Source: an uncultured cyanobacterium
GTDB taxonomy: Bacteria > Cyanobacteriota > Cyanobacteriia > Cyanobacteriales > Cyanobacteriaceae
DNA: 64,000 nt
Assembly: GCA_963710605.1 (NCBI GenBank)
Contig: CAVQBA010000004.1
Location: 672,001 to 736,000 of the forward strand
Reading direction: 5' to 3'
Part shown: in pieces, positions 10,537 to 22,360 of the stretch
How positions within the stretch are numbered: the first letter of the stretch is position 1
Layout of the letters: each line of letters starts with the position of its first letter
The notes under the pieces: model-generated
The model's input: the letters and a program-made list of their open reading frames with translations, nothing else
Databases searched by the model: none
Told to the model about the DNA's origin: nothing
Made by a program: the position numbers and the translations under genes

Positions 10537-10696
10537 TCAATAATTAGTTATTCAATATAATGATTGATGCTTAGCTATTAGAATGTTTAATTATTAACTT
10601 TTTACTTTTTATTTTTACTTTAAACTTTAATAATCGCGATCGTATCTTAGTTGGTTCTAATACAATAAAAGAAGATATTAATTAAAAAAATAAATT

Positions 10697-11020
10697 ATGG
10701 ATAATAAAGATTGGTTCAAACAACTGTTAATGATCGGTGTAGGTACAACTTCTTTAGCCGCAGAGAAAATGAAAGAAGCTAGCGAGCAATTAGTCTCTGA
10801 AGGCAAATTAGATCCTGAACGAGCTAAAGGAATGGTTGATGAGTTAGTAGACAAAATACAATCTGAGCAAGGTGGTTTTCAATCACAAATGGAAAAACAA
10901 ATTAAAAATGTTTTACAAGATTTAGGTGTACCTCGTCAGTCGGAAATGGATGAACTTAGAGGTAGAATCGATCGACTCGAACGTCAGATTAGAGATTTAG
11001 AAAATAAACTGTGGCGTTGA
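10697..11020 (+). CDS. Phasin-family (PhaF/PhaI-like) protein
   Basis: LLMIGVG...LVSEGKL...DELRGRIDRLE coiled coil. Confidence 0.65.
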   Translation: MDNKDWFKQLLMIGVGTTSLAAEKMKEASEQLVSEGKLDPERAKGMVDELVDKIQSEQGGFQSQMEKQIKNVLQDLGVPRQSEMDELRGRIDRLERQIRDLENKLWR

Positions 11021-11088
11021 AGCACAAAGAAATAATTGATAGTCGATACCTAAAAATTGCTCGATTATCAAGCTCACAAGTTATTTAA

Positions 11089-12135
11089 TTAAGGTTGATA
11101 GCCTGAAGAAACTTCAGAATTCGATTTTTGTTTTTCTTCTGCTTTTAAAAGATCTAATTCACTCCATACTCTTTGTAAAAGACGATCGCAACCTTTTTTT
11201 GTCACCGCCGAAATTAAAAAGACAGGATGATTAGTAATCGCTTCAAACTGATGGGCAATTTCTACTTGAGTTTGCTCATCAACTGAATCGATTTTATTTA
11301 AAGCCACAATTTGCGGTTTTTCGCTTAAACCATGACCATAAGCAATTAATTCACCTTGTATTGTTTCGTAATCAACTAAAGGGTCTTCGGCGTTAAGATT
11401 AACTAAATGTAAAAGCAAACGAGTACGTTCAATATGACGTAAAAAATCGTACCCCAAACCAACACCATCAGATGCCCCTTCAATCAACCCCGGAATATCA
11501 GCAAAAACTGTTCCGTCACCTGTCAATTTACGTACTACACCCAAGTTAGGTACTAAAGTTGTAAAAGGATAATCGGCAATTTTGGGTTTAGCAGAAGACA
11601 ATGAAGAAATCAAAGTTGATTTACCAGCATTCGGTAAGCCAATAATCCCAACTTCAGCGATTAGTTTTAATTCTAACCGTAACATTTTAGTCTCACCTTC
11701 TAACCCCGGCAAAGCGTATTCAGGCGCACGATTACTATTACTTAAAAAATGTTGATTTCCTAATCCGCCTTTACCACCTTCGGCTATTACCGTCGTATCA
11801 TCAGGATTAACTAAATCAGCAATCAAAGCGTCAGTTTCTAAATCATAAACTAAAGTACCGCAAGGAACTTCTAAAATTCGATCTTTTCCTGATGCACCTG
11901 TACGATTACTCGAACCACCTCTTTTACCATTTTCGGCTTTAAAAAGTCGAGCATAGCGAAAATCGAGTAATGTTTGTAAATTTTCTACTGCCTTAAAAAC
12001 GATCGAGCCACCTCTACCACCTTTACCACCTGATGGGCCACCTGCGGGGACATATTTTTCCCGACGAAAGGCAACCATTCCGTCTCCGCCATCGCCTGCC
12101 TTGACTTCTATTTTAACTTGATCTATAAATTGCAT
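11089..12135 (-). CDS. obgE: GTPase ObgE
   Basis: MQFIDQVKI...FRREKYVPAGGP; GLPNAGKST; DYPFTTL; DIPG; NKID. Confidence 0.97.
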   Translation of the reverse strand: MQFIDQVKIEVKAGDGGDGMVAFRREKYVPAGGPSGGKGGRGGSIVFKAVENLQTLLDFRYARLFKAENGKRGGSSNRTGASGKDRILEVPCGTLVYDLETDALIADLVNPDDTTVIAEGGKGGLGNQHFLSNSNRAPEYALPGLEGETKMLRLELKLIAEVGIIGLPNAGKSTLISSLSSAKPKIADYPFTTLVPNLGVVRKLTGDGTVFADIPGLIEGASDGVGLGYDFLRHIERTRLLLHLVNLNAEDPLVDYETIQGELIAYGHGLSEKPQIVALNKIDSVDEQTQVEIAHQFEAITNHPVFLISAVTKKGCDRLLQRVWSELDLLKAEEKQKSNSEVSSGYQP

Positions 12136-12344
12136 AACCAAACCTAAAAGTTAAGAGTTAATAGTTAAGAGTTAAGAGTAAAACAACTAACAACTCTTAA
12201 TTTGATAGTTGAAAATTATTAATTTAATAAACTTGCACTAATCAAAAGGATAAATGATATTAATAACTAAAAATTGTTTTGTTATTTGTTAAGTGTTGAG
12301 TATTCTATCTTTATCTTTTTTAAACAATATAATTTTTTTCTAAA

Positions 12345-12414
12345 AAAAGAAAAAATCAAGACAGGAAGACAAACATTAATCATGTTAACTCAGCCGCATG
12401 CCTTCCGCCTTTGA
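12345..12414 (-). terminator. Intrinsic terminator after rpsD
   Basis: Minus-strand stem caaaggcggaaggca...tgtcttcctgtcttg followed by a U-rich tract. Confidence 0.5.
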
Positions 12415-12468
12415 TGAATTTTTATATTTATTAATCGGTAATCAACATCGTTAGTAGATGATAAAAAA

Positions 12469-13077
12469 TTACGCTTTACGAGAATAGTACTCAATTACGA
12501 GTAGTTCATTAACTGTCAAAGCAATCCATTCTCTTTCAACAATACCGTTAACTTTACCAATCAAAGTATTTTTATCAAATTCTAAATGATTAGGAAGATT
12601 AGCAAGTCCGGGGTTTAATAAATTATTTTTAACTAACGCTTGTGATTTTTCTTTGTTTCTGACTGCAACCACATCACCAGGGCGACATTGGTAACTAGAA
12701 ATATCGACAACTCTATCGTTAACTACAATGTGTCTATGATTCACTAACTGACGTGCGGCTGGAACAGTCGGTGCCATACCTAAACGAAAAATAGTATTAT
12801 CTAAACGCATTTCCAATAGTTGTAATAATACTAAACCAGTCGAACCATTAACACGACGAGCTTTTTTAATATAACGAACTAACTGCTTTTCGCTAACACC
12901 GTAGTTGTAACGAAGTTTTTGCTTTTCTTCTAAACGAATAGCATACTCAGAACGTTTACGACGACTTTGTCCATGTTGTCCGGGCGGATATTGACGACGA
13001 GCGTTTTTACGAGTCAACCCAGGTAAATCACCCAAGCGACGCACTACCCTCAAACGAGGACCTGTATATCGAGCCAT
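12469..13077 (-). CDS. rpsD: 30S ribosomal protein S4
   Basis: MARYTGPRL...PGQHG...EKQKLR...LLVIEYYSR. Confidence 0.98.
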   Translation of the reverse strand: MARYTGPRLRVVRRLGDLPGLTRKNARRQYPPGQHGQSRRKRSEYAIRLEEKQKLRYNYGVSEKQLVRYIKKARRVNGSTGLVLLQLLEMRLDNTIFRLGMAPTVPAARQLVNHRHIVVNDRVVDISSYQCRPGDVVAVRNKEKSQALVKNNLLNPGLANLPNHLEFDKNTLIGKVNGIVEREWIALTVNELLVIEYYSRKA

Positions 13078-13207
13078 AACTTAAGATTTTCTCCTTAAAT
13101 AATGAGATTTATTTTATATTTATACCCAAATATACCATTTTACACCAAACTTCGATTTTTATCATTACCTCATCGATAATTTAACGATCGTAATGAGTCT
13201 TAATCAT

Positions 13208-13230
13208 GGGTGCAAACCTTGCACCCCTAC
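13208..13230. repeat. REP-like palindrome ending CTAC
   Basis: gggtgcaa-acc-ttgcacccctac. Confidence 0.55.
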
Positions 13231-13309
13231 ATTTAAAATTTTGACCAGTCAATTCTATTAATTTAATTCTCAATTCTCAATTCTCCCCGAATAATTGCAA
13301 AGCAAGAAT

Positions 13310-14179
13310 TCATCTCCATTCTCCATTATTTACGTAGCTTCGGTAAGTATTTTGTAATAACATGGTTACAGTCATTGGTCCTACTCCACCGGGGACAGGA
13401 GTGATGTAACTAGCGATCGATTTAACTTCTTCATAAGCTACATCACCAACTAAACGCCCTTTACCATTTTCAGTCGGAATACGGTTAATTCCCACATCAA
13501 TCACTACAGCTTCAGGTTTCACCATCTCGGCGGTAATCATTTCGGGTTTACCAACGGCGGCGATGAGAATATCTGCTTGTTGAGTAATTTGGGCTAAATT
13601 TTGACTGCGAGAATGAGCGATCGTTACTGTAGCATTTTTTTCGAGTAACATCAAAGCGATCGGTTTGCCAACTAAAATACTTCTACCGACAACTACCGCA
13701 TTTTTACCCTCGATCGGGATATTATATTCATTAAGTATTTCCATTACCCCCGCAGGAGTACAACTTCTTAAACCCTCTTCACCTCTAACTAATTTACCTA
13801 AATTTTCGGGATGAAGCCCATCAGCATCTTTATGAGGAGCAATTTTGTGTAACAAGGCAACTGAGTCAAAATGATCGGGTAAAGGTAATTGTACTAAAAT
13901 ACCATCGACGCGTGAATCGTTATTTAACTCCTCTATAACGGCTTGTAATTGCTCTTGAGTTGTCGAAGAAGGGAAATGTTGCCCAAAAGATGTCATCCCT
14001 ATTTTTTGACAGGCTTTTTCTTTATTTCTCACATATACAGCACTAGCTGGATTATCTCCTACCATCAAAACAGCTAACCCCGGTGGTCTTTTTTTAAGCG
14101 GTATTTGTTCGGCAATTTGTTCTTGTAAACGAGACTGAATTTTTTGGGCTAAACCTTTACCGTCTAAAATTTTTACCAT
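13310..14179 (-). CDS. folD: Methylenetetrahydrofolate dehydrogenase/cyclohydrolase
   Basis: [34 protein letters not shown]. Confidence 0.97.
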   Translation of the reverse strand: MVKILDGKGLAQKIQSRLQEQIAEQIPLKKRPPGLAVLMVGDNPASAVYVRNKEKACQKIGMTSFGQHFPSSTTQEQLQAVIEELNNDSRVDGILVQLPLPDHFDSVALLHKIAPHKDADGLHPENLGKLVRGEEGLRSCTPAGVMEILNEYNIPIEGKNAVVVGRSILVGKPIALMLLEKNATVTIAHSRSQNLAQITQQADILIAAVGKPEMITAEMVKPEAVVIDVGINRIPTENGKGRLVGDVAYEEVKSIASYITPVPGGVGPMTVTMLLQNTYRSYVNNGEWR

Positions 14180-14312
14180 GTCAATAATTGAAAACTAAAA
14201 TACAAATAAGATTGATTATATAACTCTAGTTGCTAGTTATTGATTTATCGCTCTTTAATGTTGGTGTAATGTGATTATTTCGATCGTTTATAACAAATTT
14301 CAAGCAATATCA

Positions 14313-14468
14313 AGAGCGGAATGATATTAAGAATAAAATGACGTTGAGAGCAGAATGATATTGAGGGCAGAATGATATTCTGCCCCTACGATTTAAAATT
14401 GGTTTAATTGTATTTATTTCCCGTAGGGGTTGAACAATGTTCAACCCGACAATCATTGTTCAACCCAA
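14313..14468. repeat. Cluster of REP-like hairpins with local tandem duplications
   Basis: gag(a/g)gc(a/g)gaatgatatt three times, ending in ggcagaat..attctgcccctac; then gtaggggttgaaca-a-tgttcaaccc and a second tgttcaaccc. Confidence 0.6.
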
Positions 14469-14551
14469 TTAACCGAATTAACAATTACCAGTAAGTTAGC
14501 TCAGTCAAAAACAAAGCATTAGAAAAGAGAAGTTTTTTGTTAAACTAACTA

Positions 14552-15175
14552 TTGGCATTGAGCAGGAGAAGAAAGACTATTTTTACCCCACCACTAGCTC
14601 GACTAATCGAGCAACTACAAAAATTACCAGGTATCGGCCCTAAAAACGCTCAAAGACTAGCATTTCATATCATTAAACGATCGGATAGAGACACCGAAGA
14701 ATTAGCGTCGGCGATTATGGATGCTAAGAAAAAAGTCGGCTTTTGTCAACGTTGTTTTCATTTATCTGCTGAAGCTGTCTGTGAAATTTGTCGTAACCGC
14801 AATCGTCAGCAAGATACAATTTGTGTGGTTACGGATTCTAAAGACGTTGTTGCCTTAGAAAAAACCAGAGAATATCACGGGCTTTATCACGTTATTGGTG
14901 GTGTTATTTCGCCGATGGATGGAATCGGTCCTGAGCAACTTAATATTCAATCTCTGGTGCAAAGAGTAAGTAAAGAAGATATTGCTGAGGTAATTATTGC
15001 CATTAGCCCTAGTGTGGAAGGAGAGACAACGACGTTATATATCGGTCAATTATTAAAACCCTTTACACAGGTTACTCGGATTGCTTTTGGTTTACCGATG
15101 GGTGGAGATTTGGAATATGCTGATGAGGTTACTTTGGCTAGGGCATTAGAAGGAAGGAGAGCGATCGATAATTAA
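14552..15175 (+). CDS. recR: Recombination protein RecR (start uncertain)
   Basis: [16 protein letters not shown]4 zinc finger CQRC...[24 protein letters not shown]. Confidence 0.96.
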   Translation: MALSRRRKTIFTPPLARLIEQLQKLPGIGPKNAQRLAFHIIKRSDRDTEELASAIMDAKKKVGFCQRCFHLSAEAVCEICRNRNRQQDTICVVTDSKDVVALEKTREYHGLYHVIGGVISPMDGIGPEQLNIQSLVQRVSKEDIAEVIIAISPSVEGETTTLYIGQLLKPFTQVTRIAFGLPMGGDLEYADEVTLARALEGRRAIDN

Positions 15176-15234
15176 GAATTGATATTAACAAAGCTACAGA
15201 ATCTTCAAATTAAAAAACGAGATAATTCACGCAC

Positions 15235-15594
15235 TTATAAATCTCTAGTGACATAATCTTGAAGAGATTCACACCGATCGATTGTATTACGGATAGTATC
15301 GGCAATTTCGGTAACAATGACTAAGTCATTACTAATCATTTCAGGTACATCTTCACCAATAAGTAATTTCCCCAAATTTTGTAAATTTGGTAAACCTTCT
15401 AAAAACAAAACTCTTTCAATAATTTTGTCCGCTTGTTTCATTAAATCGATCGAATATTTATATTCATACCCATTTAATGTATATAATCCCCAGCTTTTTG
15501 CCATTCTCGCATGGAGAAAAAATTGGTTGATTGCGGTTAGCTTCAATTTAAGAACGTTATTTAATTCTTGTCTGACTTGTTGTTGTCCTTGCAT
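15235..15594 (-). pseudogene. bfr: Bacterioferritin (BfrB-like, haem-Met type), C-terminally truncated
   Basis: [13 protein letters not shown]...WG...[13 protein letters not shown]; stops at DYVTRDL, last helices missing. Confidence 0.75.
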
Positions 15595-15682
15595 ATCAAA
15601 ATAAAAATGATTCTTTTAATACTATATATGTTCTCTAGTGGTTTTTCACCAGATTTCAACCTAAATTAATTATAAAGCTATG

Positions 15683-15712
15683 TTGACAATTATTAGCAAT
15701 AATATCTATAAT
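15683..15712 (+). promoter_or_regulatory. Sigma70 promoter for bfd overlapped by a Fur-like box
   Basis: TTGACA (15683) N18 TATAAT (15707); 7-1-7 inverted repeat TGACAAT-T-ATTAGCA at 15684-15698. Confidence 0.65.
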
Positions 15713-15744
15713 AATTGTAGATAAAAAATATGAGCCTGAAATTT

Positions 15745-15936
15745 ATGTACGTTTGTATTTGTAACGCAATCACCGAGAAAGATATTCATAATGCGGTAGG
15801 TGAAGGTATTAATTCGATTGAGAAATTATCAGAAACAACTTCTATTTCTAAGTGTTGTGGTTGTTGTACTGAGCATGCTTGTCAAGTAATCGCTCAAGCG
15901 TTAGGAAATAAAGGTTGCCCAAATAATCCTCTTTAA
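15745..15936 (+). CDS. bfd: Bacterioferritin-associated ferredoxin
   Basis: MYVCICNAIT...CCGCC; divergent from bfr. Confidence 0.9.
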   Translation: MYVCICNAITEKDIHNAVGEGINSIEKLSETTSISKCCGCCTEHACQVIAQALGNKGCPNNPL

Positions 15937-15998
15937 TCAATTTAGATAAAATAGGTTTATTGATCAAATTAGATAAAATAATAACTAGTAGTTTTTAT

Positions 15999-16676
15999 TT
16001 AGTTGTTGCCATTTATTATCAATGACAACCAATCATTCATTTGTCGATATATTTGTTCTTGACGATCGTTTAATCCGTGATTGCTATTAAGCTCAATTAG
16101 ATTAGATTGTGGATTTTGTTGGGCATAAAGACGACTAGCAACAATCGGTACAGTCTCATCATGTGTACCGTGAAAAATTAAAGTAGGTATATGGTGGCGA
16201 ATCGTTGAATCGTTATATTTTTGCAAATCTTGCCAAAAAGTATAATTAAGTAATACTTGTTTTTGCTCTCCATAATGATAAACGGGTAGTTTTCCTGTTT
16301 GTTGCCATTGCAATAAACCTTGAGCTGGAATTTTACTCGACCAAGAATCCCAAAAATTTAATGCAGGTGCAAGTAAAATCAAAGCTTTAACTCGTTCGGG
16401 TAAATCATGAGCAATCCAATTAGCAGTTAAGCCTCCAAAACTTGAACCGATTAAGACAAATTGTTGATAGGGTTTTTGTGTAAGTATTTGTTTAACTTGA
16501 TTAATTTGCCTTGTCAAAGTAAGATTAGCAAAATCAGGTAGGTTGAAATCGATCGTATCAAGTTTGATACCTAATTGTTGATATTCTTGCTTAAAGTAAG
16601 CCGCTTTACGAGACAAAGGGCTAGAGGCAAGTCCGTGTAAATAAAGATATTGATAATTGGCTAAAGAGTTATCCAT
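15999..16676 (-). CDS. YqiA/YcfP-like alpha/beta hydrolase (esterase)
   Basis: YLHGLASSP; GSSFGG nucleophile elbow; HGTHDETVP. Confidence 0.85.
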   Translation of the reverse strand: MDNSLANYQYLYLHGLASSPLSRKAAYFKQEYQQLGIKLDTIDFNLPDFANLTLTRQINQVKQILTQKPYQQFVLIGSSFGGLTANWIAHDLPERVKALILLAPALNFWDSWSSKIPAQGLLQWQQTGKLPVYHYGEQKQVLLNYTFWQDLQKYNDSTIRHHIPTLIFHGTHDETVPIVASRLYAQQNPQSNLIELNSNHGLNDRQEQIYRQMNDWLSLIINGNN

Positions 16677-17080
16677 TAAAAAAGCTGGTGAAATTTGACA
16701 TTTATACTTTATATTATTAACGCATTAGAACACAGAGTAAGTAAGAATGGAGAATGAAGAATTCATCTTAACTTTCAATGAGATTGTTCGATCCTCTATT
16801 AGATTAGTCAGGATATAGATTAGGATAAAATAAGAAGTAAGAACTCTTTAAAAAAAGAATTTATAGTTTTATTAATCTTGTTAAAATTTTCTTTATTTAT
16901 CTAATGATCAATACTGGTAAATTAGAACAAGTATTAAAAATAAAAAACTTTTAATAGTCTGCCACTCAATCAATATGGCAATTAATAGAATCAATAATTA
17001 AAAAATTTTGCGACTCTAAATTTATCGTTAGAGAAAAATTAATCATTTATTACATCATAATAATACTCAATCAATAGTCT

Positions 17081-18325
17081 ATGCCTAATCAAACACAATG
17101 GATTAATGCGTTATCAACTAATGCTTCTTTGGAAAAAGCGATTGATGAAGTTACCCAAAAGATAAAAAATCAATTAACTACAACACCTAATTTAGGAATT
17201 ATTTTTATTTCTGCGGTTTTTGCTAGTGACTATCCTCGTCTGATGCCTCTGTTGTTAGATAAATTACCATTACCTTGTGTGATTGGTTGCGGCGGTGGTG
17301 GTATCGTGGGAATGAAAAACGACTATCAAGCGATCGAAATAGAGGCGACACCAGCTTTAAGTTTGACTGTTATGAGTTTACCTGATGTAGAAGTGATTCC
17401 CTTTCATGTAGTCGCTCAAGACTTACCTGATTTGGATAGTTCTCCTGATAAATGGTGCGATATGATAGGAGTGAAGATGGAACAATCTCCTAATTTTATT
17501 TTACTTTCTGATCCTTTTTCCGCCAAAATTAATGAATTACTAGAAGGTTTAGATTTTGCTTATCCTAGTGCGGTGAAAGTTGGTGGTTTAGCTAGTGCCA
17601 CAACAATGGGTGTAGGTAGTGGCTTATTTTATTTTGATGGTAATAATCAAGAATCGATGTTGGTAAATGAAGGTACAGTCGGGATTGCTTTTACAGGTAA
17701 TCTAACGATCGAATCTATTGTTGCTCAAGGTTGTCGCTCAATTGGTGAAACCTATCAAATTACCAAAGGAGAAAAAAACGTTATTCTGGAAATGACTGAT
17801 AATAAAGGTAAAACTGATACACCTTTAAATATGTTAAGAGAATTGATTAATAGTCTTAACCCTCAAGATCAAGATTTGGCTCAATATTCTTTGTTTTTAG
17901 GTATTGCTCGGGATGAATTCAAACTAGAATTAAAACAAGGTGATTTTTTGATGCGTAATTTAGTTGGTGTTGATCCTAAATTTGGTGCGATCGCAGTTGG
18001 AGATAAAATTAGATCAGGACAAAGAATTCGTTTTCATTTACGAGATGCTAAAGCCTCAGCCGACGACTTAGAAACGCTATTAACTAATCATTGCAACGAA
18101 ACCATAGATTCTAATTCAAACACGATCGGGGCATTAATTTTTTCTTGTTTAGGTAGAGGAGAAGGATTGTATGGTAAACCCAATTTTGATTCGCAGTTGT
18201 TTTTAGACTATATCAACGATATTAATCTAGCTGGTTTTTTCTGTAATGGTGAAATAGGTCCTGTCGCAGGTAGTACTTCTTTACACGGTTATACTTCGGT
18301 CTTTGGTATTTTTTCGCAAAACTAA
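17081..18325 (+). CDS. FIST domain protein
   Basis: VIGCGGGG; VAQGCR; FSCLGRG; GFFCNGEIGP. Confidence 0.9.
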   Translation: MPNQTQWINALSTNASLEKAIDEVTQKIKNQLTTTPNLGIIFISAVFASDYPRLMPLLLDKLPLPCVIGCGGGGIVGMKNDYQAIEIEATPALSLTVMSLPDVEVIPFHVVAQDLPDLDSSPDKWCDMIGVKMEQSPNFILLSDPFSAKINELLEGLDFAYPSAVKVGGLASATTMGVGSGLFYFDGNNQESMLVNEGTVGIAFTGNLTIESIVAQGCRSIGETYQITKGEKNVILEMTDNKGKTDTPLNMLRELINSLNPQDQDLAQYSLFLGIARDEFKLELKQGDFLMRNLVGVDPKFGAIAVGDKIRSGQRIRFHLRDAKASADDLETLLTNHCNETIDSNSNTIGALIFSCLGRGEGLYGKPNFDSQLFLDYINDINLAGFFCNGEIGPVAGSTSLHGYTSVFGIFSQN

Positions 18326-18617
18326 AGTTTGAAATATCTTGTCCGATTTAATTTAGCTCTAAATTGAAGGTACAAGCTATTAGCTTTTAAAGATTATTAA
18401 TACTTACATTAAGTTTAAGTAGCTATTAGCTCTAGAATTAAAGCACAAAATCAGTTGACTCTTGACGATTAACCAGCTCTAACCCCTCTTTACCGAAGGA
18501 GGGAAACTAAAAAAAAATCAACGTTATAACTAATTTATTCATTACCATATTAATTAAAGTTAAGATAAAGACAGAGTAATTTTATTTTTCTGTTACATTT
18601 AATTTTAAAAAATCATT

Positions 18618-19370
18618 ATGCAATTAACATGGTTAGATAGCAATTCTTGGTTAATCGAGATAGCTGAGCTTCGTATTTTACTAGACCCCTGGCTCGTCGG
18701 TTCTTTAGTATTTAATAATTTAGATTGGTTATTAGAAGGGAAAAAAACAACTTCTCATCCAATACCTGAGAATATTGATTTTATTTTATTATCTCAAGGT
18801 TTAGAAGATCATGCCCATCCACCGACATTAGAAGTTTTAGATCATAATTTACCCGTTATCGCTTCAGTGAATGCGGCAAAAGTATGCAAGGATATGGGTT
18901 ATTCTGATGTCCGTGCGATCGATCATGGAGAGAGTTATGTGTTTGCCGATAAATTAGAAATAAAAGCTGTTAAAGGCTCTCGTGTTGGGCTAAATTTAGT
19001 TGAAAATGGCTATATCATCAAAGACTTAACTAGTAATGAATCTATTTATTATGAACCCCACGGTTTTCATGAGGCTAATTTAGAAAAACAAGATCCTGTC
19101 AAGGTAATTATCACTCCTTTAACTAGTATTAAAATACTAGCAGTGGCTCATGCAATCAAAGGGCAAGAATCAGCAGTCGAAGTTTGCCGTTGGTTACAAC
19201 CTGAGTATATTTTACCTACTGCTGGGGGCGGAGATGTTGAGTTTGAAGGAGTGTTAAATAAATTTTTAGTAAATGAGGGTACGATTGATCGTTTTCGAGA
19301 TTTATTACAGCAAGAAAATCTTAAGACAAAAGTAATCGAAACAAAGTCTTGGCAACCAGTAAGTATTTAA
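18618..19370 (+). CDS. Metallo-beta-lactamase-fold hydrolase
   Basis: ILLDPWLVG; LSQGLEDHAH; YYEPHG. Confidence 0.85.
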   Translation: MQLTWLDSNSWLIEIAELRILLDPWLVGSLVFNNLDWLLEGKKTTSHPIPENIDFILLSQGLEDHAHPPTLEVLDHNLPVIASVNAAKVCKDMGYSDVRAIDHGESYVFADKLEIKAVKGSRVGLNLVENGYIIKDLTSNESIYYEPHGFHEANLEKQDPVKVIITPLTSIKILAVAHAIKGQESAVEVCRWLQPEYILPTAGGGDVEFEGVLNKFLVNEGTIDRFRDLLQQENLKTKVIETKSWQPVSI

Positions 19371-20188
19371 GAGTTAAGAGTTAAGAGTTAATAGTTAAGA
19401 GTTATTTGTTAATTATCAACTTTCTTGCTATTTTGAAAAATTAATTGTATTTTTTAGAGAAAATAAAATGAATATATCTCTATGAATAGACAACAACAAA
19501 TAACGGTACGATCGTTAATTACTAAGTATGATAAAGGATTAAAAAAAACAATTTTTTGAGTCATATATAAATTTATTTCTAGTTAAAATAAACCAAATTA
19601 ACTTGTCTATTTATTTTGAAAAAGTATAAAGGTTGTTATGAAATTTAAACAGAAACTAACATATTTAATCTTAATAATTACGATTACATTTATTTGATCT
19701 TATTTTTATTTATCTTCTACTAGATTGGATTCTTTAGATAAATTTGTTGTTTTTATTTTCTCTTTTTTTTGCACTTGTTAGTCCGAGTTAGATCAGTATT
19801 TTTCTCTATCGAAGATATGATTTAACCATCCAAGGAAATCATAAAATAGTAAGTAAATTGATTAATACCAATATTGACAAGCAAGATAGTTATGGTAGAA
19901 CATTACTTCACATCGTGCGATCGTTTAACTGGTATTTTATCAAGTGTAACCAGTAAAATTGTCAAAATTTGTTCACAAATATCGTTAATTTATTCAGAAT
20001 CATCAAAAACTATTGTCATAATCTCTAAGAAAAGTTAGAATTTTTAACATAAAATATAAGGTTAAGGGGAAAATAAACTTATTTAAGCAAAGACTTAAAA
20101 AAAAATAAAACCCCTGAAAGTTATAATAGACTAGATATATTGCCAAATATAGCAAAAAAAATTAAATAAAATAGGAGGAGCGTATTCA

Positions 20189-21715
20189 ATGGGACTACCA
20201 TGGTATCGTGTACACACGGTCGTCATTAACGATCCCGGTCGTCTAATTGCTGTCCACTTAATGCACACAGCATTAGTAGCAGGTTGGGCTGGATCTATGG
20301 CTTTATATGAATTAGCTGTTTTTGATCCTAGCGACGCAGTTTTAAATCCCATGTGGAGACAAGGGATGTTCGTTTTACCTTTCATGTCTCGTTTAGGTGT
20401 CACAAGTTCTTGGGGTGGCTGGAGTGTCACTGGAGAAACTGGTATTGACCCCGGATTTTGGTCATTTGAAGGTGTAGCGATCGCGCACATCGTCTTATCT
20501 GGATTATTATTCTTAGCCGCAGTATGGCACTGGGTATATTGGGACTTAGACTTATTCACAGATCAACGTACAGGTGAACCAGCATTAGACTTACCTAAAA
20601 TGTTTGGTATTCATTTATTCCTTTCTGGATTACTCTGTTTCGGTTTTGGTGCATTCCACCTAACTGGATTATTTGGTCCTGGTATGTGGGTATCAGATGC
20701 TTACAGTCTGACAGGTCATGTACAACCCGTCGCACCAGAATGGGGTCCTGCTGGATTTAATCCGTTTAATCCCGGTGGTGTTGTAGCTCACCATATTGCC
20801 GCAGGTATCGTCGGAATTATTGCTGGTTTATTCCACCTTAGTGTTCGTCCACCCGAAAGACTATACAAAGCTTTACGGATGGGTAACATTGAAACTGTAC
20901 TTTCTAGTAGTATTGCCGCTGTTTTCTTCGCCGCATTTACCGTTGCAGGTACCATGTGGTATGGAAATGCAACGACTCCTGTTGAATTATTCGGACCTAC
21001 TCGTTATCAATGGGATGAAGGTTACTATCAAGAAGAAATTCAACGTCGTGTACAACAAAGTATCAATGGAGGAGCGACAGAAGCTCAAGCATGGGAAGCA
21101 ATTCCTGAAAAACTTGCCTTCTATGATTATGTCGGTAACAGCCCCGCTAAAGGTGGTTTATTCCGTACGGGTGCAATGGACAATGGTGATGGTATAGCCG
21201 AAGGTTGGTTAGGACACCCTACTTTTAAAGATAAAGAAGGACGTGAATTAAAAGTACGTCGTTTACCTAACTTCTTTGAAACATTCCCTGTTGTTTTAGA
21301 AGACGAAAACGGAGTTGTTCGTGGTGACATTCCTTTCCGTCGTGCTGAGTCTCAACTTAGTGTAGAACAAACTGGTATTACTGTTAGCTTCGCAGGTGGA
21401 GAATTAGATGGTCAAACATTTACTGACCCATTAGATGTTAAACGTTATGCTCGTAAAGCTCAAGGTGGTCAACCTTTTGAATTTGATACCGAAACCTTAA
21501 ATTCTGATGGTGTATTCCGTACTAGCACACGTGGTTGGTTTGCATTTGGTCATGCTTGTTTTGCATTATTGTTCTTCTTCGGTCATATCTGGCATGGTGC
21601 ACGTACATTATTCCGTGATGTATTCGCCGGTGTCGATCCAGACTTAGATCCAGAACAAGTAGAATGGGGTATGTTCCAAAAAGTTGGTGACAAATCTACC
21701 CGTACTACTTCTTAG
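20189..21715 (+). CDS. psbB: Photosystem II CP47 protein
   Basis: [19 protein letters not shown]...; AGGAGG RBS. Confidence 0.99.
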   Translation: MGLPWYRVHTVVINDPGRLIAVHLMHTALVAGWAGSMALYELAVFDPSDAVLNPMWRQGMFVLPFMSRLGVTSSWGGWSVTGETGIDPGFWSFEGVAIAHIVLSGLLFLAAVWHWVYWDLDLFTDQRTGEPALDLPKMFGIHLFLSGLLCFGFGAFHLTGLFGPGMWVSDAYSLTGHVQPVAPEWGPAGFNPFNPGGVVAHHIAAGIVGIIAGLFHLSVRPPERLYKALRMGNIETVLSSSIAAVFFAAFTVAGTMWYGNATTPVELFGPTRYQWDEGYYQEEIQRRVQQSINGGATEAQAWEAIPEKLAFYDYVGNSPAKGGLFRTGAMDNGDGIAEGWLGHPTFKDKEGRELKVRRLPNFFETFPVVLEDENGVVRGDIPFRRAESQLSVEQTGITVSFAGGELDGQTFTDPLDVKRYARKAQGGQPFEFDTETLNSDGVFRTSTRGWFAFGHACFALLFFFGHIWHGARTLFRDVFAGVDPDLDPEQVEWGMFQKVGDKSTRTTS

Positions 21716-21824
21716 TCTGCAAGTCTCTTGGTTTTGATTCAAAGGAAAGAGGCAGAGTTCGTTTTCTGCTTTTCTTTCCTTGATTTAGTTCAATTAGCAA
21801 AATTTACAAAATAGAGGTAAAAAA

Positions 21825-21920
21825 ATGGAAAGTGTAGCTTATATTTTAATTTTAACTATGATGATCGCTGTTTTATTTGCGGCGGTAGCATTTCGTGAAC
21901 CCCCTAAAATTAATAAATAA
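21825..21920 (+). CDS. psbT: Photosystem II reaction centre protein T
   Basis: Manual translation MESVAYILILTMMIAVLFAAVAFREPPKINK; GAGG RBS; canonical position after psbB. Not in the ORF track. Confidence 0.95.
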   Translation: MESVAYILILTMMIAVLFAAVAFREPPKINK

Positions 21921-22360
21921 AGGGTATTACTAAACTTTTGTTTTACTGTAATACTTGATTTTAATTAATCAAAAAGTCTTTTTCATCTATCTTCATTAAA
22001 CTCATGATTTAGTAAGATAGTAAGGAAAGAGGCTTTTTTCTTTTTTATGATAACTGTTTAAAGTCTAAGAACAAACTAATTGAAGGTGAAGGTAGTCGAA
22101 AAACTAATTTGTTAATCTTTTAATTACTAATGATTAATTGTGTTATCGATACAGGGCTAATTTAAGCACGATCGTCTTGATAATAGTTAAAACTAAAACT
22201 ATACTCAAATATTGTAATTCAAATTTTAGGACAAAAAGTAAAACTTAAATTAATTTAGATGATGAAAGCCGATTTAATTAACCATACAAATAACTAATAG
22301 CTTATAGTTAAAATAACTAATTGCCGTTGATAGTTGCGATTAGTTCAAAAATCAAAAATT

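Noticed and set aside
14313-14389. Three gagNgcNgaatgatatt copies as a CRISPR array
   Set aside because: Irregular or zero spacing; better explained as local duplication of a REP arm.
15317-15604. 95-aa ORF antisense to bfr, and other short overlapping ORFs (26708, 30057, 30393, 34070, 37033, 39278, 42249, 43739, 49698, 49840, 56563, 58674, 58874, 59888)
   Set aside because: They overlap well-supported genes and show no motifs.
20131-21330. ORFs overlapping psbB (20131-20559, 20796-21197, 21127-21330)
   Set aside because: Shadow frames of a highly conserved gene.
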